DNA from: Mesotaenium endlicherianum | Lineage: Eukaryota | Reading direction: 5' to 3' | Assembly (NCBI GenBank): GCA_009602735.1 | Contig: WELA01000485.1 | Span: forward strand, 154,787-193,695 | DNA length: 38,909 bases | Shown here: positions 22,885 to 36,688 of the stretch, piece by piece | How positions within the stretch are numbered: the first letter of the stretch is position 1 | Layout of the letters: every line of letters starts with the position of its first letter | Notes under the pieces: model-generated | Told to the model about the DNA's origin: nothing | The model's input: only the letters and a program-made list of their open reading frames with translations | Databases searched by the model: none | Made by a program: the position numbers and the translations under genes

Positions 22885-25800
22885 GAGTGAGGAGGGCAAT
22901 GGGTGCAAGGGAAAAGAGGAGAAAGAGAGACGGAAGTTCAAAACGTCAGCGGGCGTGCACCAACACCCACGCTTGCCTGTACATACACAGGCAAACGTTG
23001 CATGACATGTGTCGTCTGGACACATGTGCGTACAGCGAATGCCACTTGTGCTGCTTGTACGCTCCCCTTAACCTCAAGGCACCGGGCACCGGGCGGCGGT
23101 TGCCACTCACCCTTTGCAATGGGGTACATGCCAGGTGTCGACGTGACGCCGCAGACGCCGTCCCCGCCGGCGATGGCCAGGTACATGTACCCGCCGTCGC
23201 CCCACCCGCGGCCCCACGAGTTGCGGATGATGAGGTGGGGAGTCTTGGCCGTGAGGTTGTAACCCACCAGCAGCACCGCGTGGTCCACCAGCGCGTTGCT
23301 GAAGCAGGCCGGGTCGTCGTAGACTCCCTGTAGGTGTCGGACACGCACGCAGGCAGAAAGGCACGCACGCTCAAAGGCATGCACGCACGCACGCACGCAC
23401 GCTCGCAGGCAGGCAGGCGCGCAGGCAAGCACGCACGCAGACACGCACGCAGGCAGGCAGGCACTGTCAGGCTCTTCTCTCTCTCCCTGCCCCCTCGACC
23501 CCCCGCCCCTCACCCCCGCCACCCCTGGAAATCTCCCGGCCAAGCTGCCCTCTCAGACTTACTTCTGTCTGTCTGTCAGGGCGCGTGAGGGAAAGGACGC
23601 AGGGAGATAATTGTTGAACAAGCGGGAGGAGGAGCCCCCGGGCCCTGGCCTCTCCGAGGCCTATTTCCTTGGCAAGAAATGAAGGCTCCCAACATCCTTG
23701 GCCTGAAGTTAGGGTGCACGGCACCCACAACCTCCTAGCCCTAAGATTTAGAGCCCCCATGATCCTAGGCCTAAGAACACAGCTGAGGAATTCCAACCTC
23801 CTGGGCCTAGGGTTTAAGCCTTCCAATTTCTGAAGAATTCCGCCAATAGACTCCCGGCCTCCTAGGTCACGGGGTTAAGCGCTTAAGGTGTTAGGGTTTT
23901 GAGGGTGTCGGGCGCCCAACCTTGCCGGAGTAATTGATGAAGGAGTCCTGGTCCGCCTCGAGGCTGACCACCACGGGCTGGCGCTGCACGGCCAGCAGGA
24001 GGCCCAGCACCCCGAGGAAGTCCACCTGCTCCCACGCGGCCACCCCCAGCTGGCCCTGCTGCGCCTGCACTCGTGGTGCGTGCACGCATACATGCCACCA
24101 TCGAGACGTGCACATGTGCACACGCACACACGCACGCACACGCACAGGCACAGGCACAGGGGTGGGAGTTGGTGGTGTTCAGGCACGCGGTATTTCGTAC
24201 GACAGTTTGGGTGCCTGCGGTGATTGGACGCAGACGCGCATTCAAAAGTTCCCACGCACGTGCACACACACACACGCGCGCGCACGTGCACGTGCACGCA
24301 CAGACGTGCAAGGGAGCATATGGACACGTGCAAGAGCATGCGCATACCGACAAAGGCACTCGTGCGCGCGTTAACGCACACGAACACGATTTGGAAGTGC
24401 TGCTATAGCTACAGCACCTTCTTCGCGTCGCACCCTGTCGCGCTCTTTGCGCCTCTGTAGGGGTAGCCTGCCTCGGGGGCGAGGCCGCCGTAGCGAGCGG
24501 TGTTCCCCGCCGCATACTCCAGCGCGTCGCCGGGCCAGCCGCCGGCGCACGAGCTGCTGCCGCGCTGGCAGTCGATGACCTGCTGCTCGCTGGCCGCCAC
24601 CTGGCGCGAGAGGAGGATCGCGCTGGCGGCTTCGATGGCGCCCACGGCTGCAAACGCCCAGCAGGCCTCTGCGCAGCCGGAGCGGGGGGGTGCTACAAGT
24701 CAAGGTCAGGTTTCAGGGTTTTAGGGTCATGGGGTTCCAAAGATCGTGCCTACTGGCGTTGCAAAGTTTCGACCTCATAAGAACCGCGGGCGTCTGAGTG
24801 CGCGTGCGACCAAAACCAGCAGCCACTGCAGCAGCCGGGTCCTAGGGTTTAGGGTTCAAAACGGTAGCTCCGGGGTTTAATAGGCTGAGGGGGTTTCCAT
24901 GCTCCAAGGCCAAAGCGCAGATCAACTTGCAATATCGCACTCAGGAGGAAAGATAAGCACACGCCCGAGAGCCTCAACAGGCGGGTGACAAAAGCACCTC
25001 GCGGGCAGTGTCAAAGGGGAAACCCTTTTTTCAAGTGACAGCATCCTGCGTGCTACCTGTGGCACGCACGCGGATGAGGGCGCATGGGCATACATGCAGC
25101 CGAACGCCAAAGGTGAATGCACAAACCATAACACAGCATACGAAAGCCGGGCACAAAGTCACGCGTGCACGCCTCCCGCCACGCCTCGCCAGACAATGAC
25201 AAGAGCGTGCGTATAGCCCTAAGCCCTCGCCACAGCTGACCACGCACGAGCACGCTTGCCCGCACGCACGCACACACGAGCCCCCTTACCGCAGTGGCCC
25301 TGGTCCTTCACGCCCGCCAGCACGCGCTTCTGCCGCCAGTCCACGGCCGGCGGGAGGTGCCAGCTGGCGGCGCCGCCGTCGCCAGAGAAGCCATAGCTGG
25401 CGTGGCGGAAGTGCTTGCTCAGATGCTTGGGAGGGGCTCCCAGGGAGGGCGGCACGAGGCCCCTCGTGCGGACGGGAGCAGGTGGGGGGGAGGGGGGGGG
25501 GTGGCACTCTAAACTCATAGTAGCAGGAACACAGTGATGAAAGTGAGGCNNNNNNNNNNNNNNNNNNNNNNNNNNNNNNNNNNNNNNNNNNNNNNNNNNN
25601 NNNNNNNNNNNNNNNNNNNNNNNNNNNNNNNNNNNNNNNNNNNNNNNNNNNNNNNNNNNNNNNNNNNNNNNNNNNNNNNNNNNNNNNNNNNNNNNNNNNN
25701 NNNNNNNNNNNNNNNNNNNNNNNNNNNNNNNNNNNNNNNNNNNNNNNNNNNTCGGGGGAGGGGGGCTCCTCCGCGCAGCAGGAGGAGGAGGGGGGGGCGA

Positions 25801-28800
25801 CTTTTTGCGCGGCGGAGGGGTGCTCTTCTTTGGCGGCGGTGGGGGGGAAAGAGAACCTGCATGATGGAGAAGAAAGCATGGCGTGGGAACGGGCTCGGAT
25901 AATGGGCAGGAGCAGCGGGAGGAGCACAAGTAGGTGGGGATGGTGCCACGGATTCGCGTTCGGATGTAGCATCACGAGTGTGAGGTCCATGCGTGATCAA
26001 TTGGTCGCTTGCGTGCGTGTGCATTTGCATGCGTGTGCATGCGTGTGCGTGCGTGTGCGTGTGTGTATGTGTCAAATTCTTCACATGCAATTTGCCCGGC
26101 ACTGCTGCAGTCAGATACGGCTCCACTTTGACAACCAAGTTTTCCGCATTTCCTCGAGTTGATACACAGTGCACACGCATCAGGTCAAGCTAACCACGCC
26201 AGAGGCGCCCCCTCAGCCAGCCCATTTGCGGCGCGGGATGCAAGAGGGGCAAACTCGTTGCTTTCATGTCGTGCGCCATCGCTTGCATACAACGTCTTCG
26301 TCAGTTCAGGCGTATAACCCACAACTGATCCCACTTCAATGTCTTCATCACTTTAGGCGTATAGCCCACACGGAGAGTGTGCATCACAAAAGTGAAGGGC
26401 AAGGTGGTGCGTTTGGGGAGCACGTACAGCTGGCAACCCCCGCCACCTGTCCCCCCCGGTACCCCGGCTGGCAGACGCACGTGGGCCGGGCGGCGGCGCT
26501 CAGGATGCAGCGCCCGTGGCCCCCGCAGGGGCCCGCTGCTGAGGTGGCGCCGCAGAAGGCGGCGCACTCCTCTGCACTGCGCTGCTCCTGGGCGCACTTG
26601 GAGAGGAAGCAGTTGCCGGAAGAATCCGCCGGACAGCTGGCGCCCGTCAAGTAGTTCCCCGACAGGTGCCTAGACAGACGTGCGTGCGTGCGTGCGTGCA
26701 TGCGCGTGCGCTCTCGCGCGCGCGAGAGAGACAGAGCCACACGGAGAAGTCAGGGGGGGCGCCACAGACTCTAGAGGGGCCGGGCCTAGAGGGGACGGAG
26801 GGGCCAGCCAGGGCCCAGTGGCAGGCAGCACTTCTCACCGCCAGGACATGCGAGCGCACACGTGTGTATCCATGGGAGGGTTTAGAGCGCCAAGTTAGGA
26901 TTGAGGATTCGGGGGTCTCTGGTGGTTGGAATTTGGCAGGGGAATGACACAAGAGGGCCCACTCAGAGCGTGTTGCAAGTGGCAGCATACGCCCCCCACA
27001 GGCCTAGCAGTTGACACCTGTTGGGGGGAGAGACTGTTGGAGGTTTTCAAGGCCAGGAAGCAAATTATTAACAACTTAAAAGCTCAACAATGCAAGGGGG
27101 GCGATGGAAAGGGCATATCATCAAGCGTCTTCCGGAAAAAACCCACAGTAGAGCGCAAGCTGCGAGTGACACGTGGCATAGCTGCCAACGGGCAGGAGCT
27201 CCCTTGTATCCGTATGCAGCAGCAAGTGCGACTTCAGAGTGAGAAGCCCAGGAGGGAGTGAGAAGCCCAGTGGGAAGGAAGACGGTTGTGGGTGAGGCCC
27301 AGGTTGTTTCACAGCCATCTGAGCAGGACGTTCTCGCAAGGCTGCTCGCCCCTGTCCAGTGAGCGAGCCGTGCATGGGGGGGGGGGGGGGNNNNNNNNNN
27401 NNNNNNNGGGGGGGGGGGGGGGGGGGGTGAGAGAGAGAGAGAGGGAAAGAGAGAGAAAGACGAGAGCGGGCAGGCATCAAGGGGGTCTAGTAGAGTCTCA
27501 AGAACGACCACACAAGCATGCTCCCACCCACGCACAACAGCGAGCCAACGAGCGAGCGGGCGGGCGAGCGAGGGAGCTTTCACACGCAAGAGCTTGCAGA
27601 CAACGGGGGAAAGAGTCTCACAGGTTCTCGAGCTCGGGGAGGGCCAGCAGGCAGGCGGGGACGCCCCCGGAGAGCTGATTGCCGCCCAGGTCTCTGGTCC
27701 CCCCAAGCAAGTGGTCCCCCGGGCAAAGCAGCGGACGGCCCGTAAGGAAGCCGGCCAACGTGGACACCTGGCGCAAGGGTCCAGTTTGTGCCCTAGTTTA
27801 GCAGACGTAGCCTCGTAGACTGGACAGCAGGCCGTTCCAGCTACGCTGTGAGGATTTTGACCCTGGCGTTCTGACGGCGGAAGCAAGCTGCATGCGGACC
27901 AGACAGCTGGCAGAACCCGAGAGGACGCTGACAATCTGAACATCAATCTGCTAGCCCCGAACAAACCCAGAGTGCCTGCTAGCAAGCCGTTCAAACCTAG
28001 AAAGGAGGAGCAGACACCAGGGCGTCAACTCAGATGCGCAACATACTCTCCCCTATGCGCAAAGCCGACCATGACACGACCACGACCCTGACCCGAACCT
28101 GACCGCAACCCGACCCTGACCCGACCCTGACCCAAGCCTGACACTCACAAGGATTTAAGCTGCTTTGTGCTGCAGAGTTGCTGTGGGATGCCTCCGCTGA
28201 AGCGGTTGGAGCTCAGCTGCCTGCACACCCCCCCTCCCCAACACTCAGCCCATAAAAGGAGTAATGGGAGCGCAAAGCCTTCTGAGGGGAGGGAGGGTCC
28301 GAGGGTGCAGGCGGCGGGGGTGCGTGGGTTCTGGTGGGCGGGAGGAGGAGGCTCGAGGAAGACCGGGGCAGCTTTCCCCCACACACACGCACGCCACACG
28401 GGATGCATCGGAAAACCACAGCCTAGGCGGCTCCCCCTCCTCCTCCTCCTCCTCATCCTCCCTCCTCCCTCCTCCTCCTCCCCCTCCTGCCCCTGCTCCT
28501 CCTCCAGATGTTCAGCGACGGCTCTGGCAGCAATCTCTTGTGGAAAATGCGAGCGCCAGAGGCCTCTTTGGCTCAACCTTTTGACCCCCTCGCAAGCCAG
28601 GGGAGATCGGCTCCCGCGACACTTGCCGTCTCCGAGCCGCCCGTGATGCGCAAGAGATCTGACGGCATACGTACGATGTTTTTGTGCGAATACGTCGAGT
28701 ACCGTGCAAAAGACATGCAAGAAAAGAAAAGAGGGGGAAGAAAGGTCGCGACAGACCGGTTCTACATCCACACATCCGCGCGCACTCACACGCAGCATAG

Positions 28801-30915
28801 ACTATGCGTGCATACATGCACACGCACATAGACACACGCGCACACACAGACACATGCACACACACCCACACACACACACACACGCACGCACGCGCACACA
28901 CACACACATACACACAGAAACACATAGGCGAGAGGCCTACCCGGCACAAAAGGGATGAGTGCAAAATGCAATGGACCATCAGCACAAGCGGTACGGCCGA
29001 AGTTGCCAAGCGAGACTGTCCGTTCTTCCAAAGAAAGAGGAAGTCAGGTTGCAGACAAAGACGTTTACTGAAGCCCACACCCGAGACCCCAGAGCCTGGA
29101 TCAACCACAGCAGACTGCGCGCCTCAACGGCAGAGAGCGGCCGCAGACTGCACGTGCGAGAAGGGAGCCCAGAAGTAAGCAAGCACACAAGAGAGTGCAG
29201 CAGCTGCCAGCGATCGTGAGCCGCCATGCGCTTGCGTGTGAGTCAAATCAGGTCCGAGAGGCACGTGGGCTGGAAAGGCATGCATGCACACTCGGGTCAG
29301 AAAAGGCAGAGATGGCGTGCGCGCGCGCGCGCGTGCAGCGTGTGAGAGTCCGCCGTGTGCGGCGTGTGAGGGGCAGGGGCTGAGTGGGTATGCTTACACT
29401 TGGATCAGTAAAGGCACGCTCCCCAGGCAGCTGGGGATGGTTCCCGAGAGGTCATTCCGCGAGAGGTCCCTGTTGCAGCAGCGAGAGAGGGGCGCGAGAG
29501 GGAGGAGGAGAAGAACTCTCTGAAGGTCTCCTAGGTAGGAACTTGGCCGCCAGAATCAAAATCTCGGGCATTCTTTCATTCGCGTATTCATGTGTGCATT
29601 TGTGCATGTATATGCACACAGACGTATGTGTGATGAATAATCATGAGCGCAAATAAATTATATACGTGCATATGGACATCCATCTGAATATATTTGTGTA
29701 CATGCAGATCTAATCTTCACGATGGAGAGAAAAAAACAGGATCTCCCGGGAGAGTGTGTGGCACAGTAACGATCAAGTGAGGAGGGCAAATGGAAAACTC
29801 TCAGGTTTTGAAAAGCGCGGGAGGACCACCAATCAAGGGCACTTTGAATTGACAAATTGCAGTCAAGCGTTTGAGTGACTATCGATAGGCCAGGAGGGCC
29901 AGAACCCAGGTTGGGGGGGGGAAGGGCTCACAGCCATCATAGCTCTGTCACAAGACGCACAAGGAGTGTCCAAGCGAGGGAGGGCAAGGGGTTAAAGGCC
30001 TGCAAGTTCTAGCATGTGATGGATGGGACACTTGGGAGTCGGGAGACCAGACAGGCTTCAGTTATGGTCGCACGGCGCACAAGCTCACAGGGGGCGACAG
30101 CTCCTGCAAGTGGCACAGGAGAAGCTACCTGCCAGGCGAGGGTTGGCGTGTGAGGCGGAGGGGTGTGAGCACGAGCTGACGATGCAATTTTTTTGGGGGG
30201 GGGGGGGTGTGGGGGGGGGAGAGAGAGTGTTGGGCTACGGCAGCCGGGCCCTCACAGGTAGGAAAAAAAATCCGTCAAGCGGCACAGGTCCTCCGGCAGC
30301 GGGCCGCTGAAGAAGTTGTCGTTGAGAAGCCTGCGGGAAGACATCCATGGCGGCAAGGCGCCACACATCGGTCAGCGATAGGGTCCAGGTGGGGAGCAGG
30401 CCGCAAGCAAGCGCCGCCCGTCGGGGCCCACAAACCCTAAAATCTAAAGGGCTGGACGCTGGTACCCTAGCTTGTCCCCAGAGAGGCTGTGGAAGTAGTC
30501 GAGCGCAAGGCGCTGTTGCATCTGACACTTCATCTGACACGTCAGCAACGCCAGGCGTAAGCATCTGAGAGGGGATGCGAGGGAGTCAAAATCGGAAGTA
30601 GGACGTCCGGGAGCGTGCAGGCAGATGAGTGCGAGAGCCTCGGGAGAATTCGGACAAATCTAAGCACACAAAGAGAGAGAGCAAGAGAGAGAGAGAGAGA
30701 GATAGAGGGGACGAGAGAAAGAGGGGGAGAGCGAGGAACGCGCACAAGCACAGATTGGATCTGGGAGGCGTGGACTGAGGGACAGCTGTCGCGAGGGGCG
30801 CGGGTTGAGTGGGTGCTCACAGAATTGCCAGTTGCGACAGGCTCCCCAGGCAGCCGGGGATGACTCCCGAGAGGCCGTTCTGCGAAGCCTCTCTGCCCAG
30901 GCCCAGGGCAAGCAG

Positions 30916-30968
<53 letters not shown>

Positions 30969-32043
30969 CTTGAACTAAAAGGAGCAGCTCCTTGGAACTG
31001 GAGCAGCTAATGGCTTGGAGAAGCCGGCACATCGGCAGGTACCATGTCGTCACACACTGCAAGCAAAAGGAAGTGCTTACTGCACATCTCAACAACCATG
31101 CCAGTGTTTAGGTCACTCGGGCCTCCTCCTGTTCAGCAGACAGTACAAATATATGTGTGCCTTTTCATGTCACAAGGTTCTTCTCTATGCCACATGTGTG
31201 TGTGTATCTGCATGCATATATCTTTGCGTGTGCTGCATGTAGTTTGGACACAAGTACACGCGTGTGCGCAAGGAATAAGCAGGGTACGAGGCAAGCTTGC
31301 TCTTCCAGCCACAGCATCCTTCTCGAAAGGTGCACTAGCACATCAGAAGTTACACTACGACCACGAGCAGCAGCAGTGCTTCTCACGACGTGCCGCACTT
31401 CAGCGCAATCGTCTGCCCTCTGAAAGCTTCTCCGTCCCAGATGGGCTCGCCCCAGCAACAGAAGACCTCCAACAGAAGAAACCGCACGAGTTACCACCAG
31501 AATGAGCTACCCTGGCCCTCAGAGAACATCATGGCAACGTGACAGAGAGACAGGTGCTTTCCAGCAGGAGCAGCTGTAATGTCGGGCAGCTAGCTCCAGC
31601 CACACAGAACATGAGGCGACAGGGCACTGACTTGGTTTCAGAGGAGGGGAGAGAGGGGCCAGCTGGCGGTGAAGAACACCTTGGGAGAGGGAGTGGAGCT
31701 GAGGGCGCTATGCAAAGGAAGGAGGGGCTCACCTGCTGCCCCGGTTGTAACTGCTGGCAGTTGAGGCCGGGATTCAGCTCCAAGAGCTCCACATTGTCAA
31801 ACACCCCGGCGATTGACCGACACGTGTCGCCCTGCAAGCAACGCACACCACCCGCGATTTCGTAGGGCAAAGTCACACCCGGAGGGAGAAGGCACAGCCG
31901 CGGCCGCATAGCTTAGACGCGCCCATCACCAAATTGGCTCCGGACGGTACTTTCTGGAAGACCACATGCAGCTCGCCAGTGCGGGCTCATGCCTCTACGG
32001 ATTGCGAGCGCGCGTGCACATGCACACGCGCCCACGCGCGTGT

Positions 32044-32075
<32 letters not shown>

Positions 32076-35000
32076 ACCTCGTGGCACTGCATCTAGCTTG
32101 CCATGGAGCCTTGCTCTCTAAGTTTCATGATTCAAAGGCCAGGGTAGTGCTGAGCTCACAGGCGCAACGGAGTAGGTGACGCCGCAGCCCTCACTGTTGT
32201 TCCTGTAGACCACCGCCAGGACGACTCCTGGCGTCGGATGGGGCGTGCACCTCAGGTTCTGTCACAGAAGAATGGGAGAGCATGAAGCTGACTGAAACCA
32301 GCTGTCCTTGTGCCTACGAGAGGAAGAGGCAAGCCTGCGCAATTGATAGCTTCTAGATCNGTCGTAGAGCTCCTGCAGCCGGCACAGCTCCTCCGGCAGC
32401 GGGCCGCTGAAGTAGTTGCCGCTCAAGTACCTGCGCTCCTCCCACGCCACCACGGCGACATCAAGCGCAGGCGAAACTCGTCGCAACGAGCCCCGCAACC
32501 CTGAACCTTGAACCCTAACCCCAACCCTAAATCCTGGACAGAATTCACCCCAAATCCTAAAATGTGAACCCTAAGCAATGCAGAGCCTCAACCTCACATG
32601 TCGCACGCTGGCGAGCCGGCAGCGACAGGCCAGAGCAGGGGGGGCTGGCATGCGTGATGTGGAGCGGTAGGGGGGGTGACACAGTCAGGTGTCTTCAAAG
32701 GGGCATGGGGGGGGGCTGCGCGAAAGGGCTTACTTACAGTCTCATCAGAGAAGACATGTTCCCCAGGCACCCGGGGATGGCTCCCAAGAGGCCGTTCTGC
32801 GAGAGGTCTCTGCCACAGCAAGCCGCGAGAGAGGCAGAGGTGTGGGCACACATAGGAACAACAGCAGCAGCAGGCGGCAGCAGCAGCGGCAGGTGACAGT
32901 AGCAGCAGCAGCAGCGGCGGCAGCAGCAGGCGACAGCAGCGGCAAAAGAATGAAAACAGCGTAGATTAGGTGTCAGGCCCCCTCTGCTGCTCTCGACTGG
33001 AGAGAGTCGCAGGCTTGACGGGGCAGGCAGCTGCTCGCCTCCGGAGGCAAACGCCGACAGCAGCGAGAGGCTAGAGCTCGTCTGAAGAGAATGCGGGTTT
33101 GCGCTCCAGCAGAGGCAGTGGCAGCAGCAGGAGCAGGAGGAGCAACAGCAGCCACGGTCCTCCCGAATCCTCCGATTTTGCTTTCGCCTTCTCGCAAACA
33201 GGTCCTGCTTGGAGTTTGAGTTTACGACTGCCTCGCACAAGAGAGACTCAGGTCCTGAAGGCACGCGCTGTTGAGGACGCCTCTGAGGTGCCTTCCTGCG
33301 GCGCAACTCGACCGGCCCAGGCCTCTGAACGAGTGAACCGAGGGTGTAATGTTTGACTCTTGAGTGACCGACAGTCGGGGGCAGGTCGGGGGCAGGTCGG
33401 GGGCAGGTTGGGGGGCAAATCGAGGGCAGGTCGAGAGCAGGTCGGGGGCAGGTGGGCGGGGGCAGGTGTCGGAGCAAGGCAGGGCACGCTCATTGGCACG
33501 GCATCCATGGCAGCTGCAGCAAGCGGCGGCGGCACTCCTCTCTCCACAAGGCGGACCTTGACAACGCTCTACAAGGTTAGGATGGGTGAGGCGTTCAAGC
33601 CCGGCGGTTTGAGAGTAAACGTTTGAGCATGAAGGATGCAAGGAGACGAGGAGGGGCTGAGGGTAATGGCAGCGTGTGCACTCACAAGTTAACAAGCCCC
33701 CGCGAGCGGCACAGGCCCTCCGGCAGCGGGCCCCGGAACTTGTTGCTGGCCAGATACCTGCGCGGAAGCAGAAGCAGAGTCTCGCCGTTGACAGGCGGGA
33801 ACAAGCTCGGCAACAATCAGCCCGCCACACCAAGCGGGCCGCAAGCCGAAGCTCTCCACCCAAACCCTCCACCGTAAATCCTCACCGTAAACGGAAAACC
33901 CTAATTTGGAAGCTACGTGTGCCCCGGCTTGACTTGCCAGCTGTCCCGGAAGACGCTCCCGGGTCACTCTGACAGCGACGGCACAGCACACAGCAACTGG
34001 ACAGCCGGCCCACGCACGCCCGCTTGGCATTGTCCTTTCATTTCCAGTTTCAGTTTCAGTCACAATAATGCAACAGTCTCCCACCCTCCTGTAATCCATG
34101 CGCAGGCACCCGATGCACAAACAAATTTTATGGTTGCAATTACGGTTGCAGCGCCTAGTTTACTAGCAGGAGGCAATGCAAAGGAGAGGAGGAAGGGGGG
34201 TGGGAGTAGATGGTGAGGGTGGGGGGAGGGGGAGGGAGTAGAGGGAGAGGAGCAGAGGGAGGCGGACAATGGGAGAGGAGAGGAGAAGACGGCTTCCCCC
34301 AGGAGCAGAGATATGGAGGCTGGAAAAGCGAGCTCTGCATGTTTGCTCATGGCACGCAAACACCTGGGGGGGGTGCTCTTTGAAGGGCGGCAGGGAGCGC
34401 GAGAGGCAACAAACGAGGAGAGGGCGGGGGGGAAAGGGTAGGAAATGAGGGAGGGGAGAGGACGGGGGGAGAGGCGAGGGGGGTGGAGAAGTGGGAGGGG
34501 GAGGGGGGCCCAGTCCTGAGAGACACCAGAGGAGGCACAGAGCGTTCGAGCGGGCCCGCACTTACAAGTGAACGCACGGTGGGAATACAATAATGACTGC
34601 GACGAGCATACAGGTGGACAGGTCGGGTGCGACGGCATCGCGTCGAAGAGACAGAACGAGGGGGTAGCACGAACGCATGCCAGCGGGCGCAGGCGTGTGA
34701 CTATCTGTTCCGAAGACGGGGTCACCTCGCAACCCTGAGACCTCTGCCAGAATGCCAAGCCTAGACCCCTAAACCTCTATCCCCCCCCCCCCCTNCTTGG
34801 CATTGTCCTTTCATTTCCAGTTTCAGTTTCAGTCACAATAATGCAACAGTCTCCCACCCTCCTGTAATCCATGCGCAGGCACCCGATGCACAAACAAATT
34901 TTATGGTTGCAATTACGGTTGCAGCGCCTAGTTTACTAGCAGGAGGCAATGCAAAGGAGAGGAGGAAGGGGGGTGGGAGTAGATGGTGAGGGTGGGGGGA

Positions 35001-36574
35001 GGGGGAGGGAGTAGAGGGAGAGGAGCAGAGGGAGGCGGACAATGGGAGAGGAGAGGAGAAGACGGCTTCCCCCAGGAGCAGAGATATGGAGGCTGGAAAA
35101 GCGAGCTCTGCATGTTTGCTCATGGCACGCAAACACCTGGGGGGGGTGCTCTTTGAAGGGCGGCAGGGAGCGCGAGAGGCAACAAACGAGGAGAGGGCGG
35201 GGGGGAAAGGGTAGGAAATGAGGGAGGGGAGAGGACGGGGGGAGAGGCGAGGGGGGTGGAGAAGTGGGAGGGGGAGGGGGGCCCAGTCCTGAGAGACACC
35301 AGAGGAGGCACAGAGCGTTCGAGCGGGCCCGCACTTACAAGTGAACGCACGGTGGGAATACAATAATGACTGCGACGAGCATACAGGTGGACAGGTCGGG
35401 TGCGACGGCATCGCGTCGAAGAGACAGAACGAGGGGGTAGCACGAACGCATGCCAGCGGGCGCAGGCGTGTGACTATCTGTTCCGAAGACGGGGTCACCT
35501 CGCAACCCTGAGACCTCTGCCAGAATGCCAAGCCTAGACCCCTAAACCTCTATCCCCCCCCCCCCCTTCCCCCCCTTAAAGGCAAAGGGGCAGCGGGCAG
35601 CACAGCTCAAGAGGAGAGCAGCGCCAGGGAGTGCCACGCACTGCTTGCGCAGGAAGAGAGCATAGACAGAAGAGCATTCTTCTTAAGCCCCAGTCCCAAA
35701 CCCCTGCTTCATCGCCAGCATTGACCTCAAAAATAGGCGAGCGGCGTCGCGGACTGCACGTGCGGAAAGAGGACGTAGAAGACGAGGAGGCAGGCCAGGG
35801 GGGAGAGCAGAGCAGAGAGCAGAGAGTCTCAGACGCTTGCAAGCGCGAGCTGGCGCGCGCACAGCGTGCGGCTCGTAGTCAAATTGTGCGAGGATGCGGG
35901 GGCTGTGAAGATTTGGATGGAGATGCGTACAAGCCTGCGAGGGAGGGCACGCTCCCGAGGCAGCCGGGGATGAATCCCGAGAGGCCGTTCCGCGCGACGT
36001 GTCTGCCGGAGCAGCAAGCGCGCGAGAGGGAGAGAGAGGAGAGTGAGGGGGAAGAGAGAGAGAGAGAGCAAGGGAGAGGGAGAGAGAGAGCGAGACACAC
36101 ACACACACAAGAAGTGATGCATCGGCGGCAGGAAAGCACACAGCAAGAGCTGGAGAGACGAGACGAAGAACTCTGCAAGGCCCTCAGAATCCACTGCAAT
36201 GGAAGCCCCAAACAAGGCTCCTCGAGTTTTGCCGGGGGATGCGCCTGCGGACGCGTCAGGGCCCTCAGGCAGCAAAACTCAACCCAGCCGGTTTTAGGGT
36301 TTGCCTATTGGGGCTCACTTACGAGAGGCTAGAAGTTGGGGGTGGGGCGGCTGTCAATGGGCAAGCGGGGGTCAGGGGCAGGACCCAAGGACGGGAGAGG
36401 GCGACGCGCTCACAGGCATGCCAACGTTCACGAGCCAACAAAATCTGCCACTCGCTGTTTGAGGGTCAGGGTACAGGTTCAAGCGCGCACTCACACATAC
36501 ACACACACACACACACAGCTATATTTATACATATGTACTACTCATATTAACAATTCTTTTAAAATATACAGAGA

Positions 36575-36643
<69 letters not shown>

Positions 36644-36644
36644 N

Positions 36645-36688
<44 letters not shown>

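Noticed and set aside
24660..24670. Possible inactivation of the protease because it reads QGHCEACWAF instead of QGxCGSCWAF
   Set aside because: The catalytic Cys (CWAF), oxyanion Gln, His and Asn are all retained. The substitution sits at the splice junction and does not remove a catalytic residue.
34023..35567. 772-nt tandem duplication as a biological event or LTR pair
   Set aside because: The copies appear identical and abut a single N at a poly-C run, typical of an unmerged contig overlap. There are no TG...CA ends, PBS or internal coding region.
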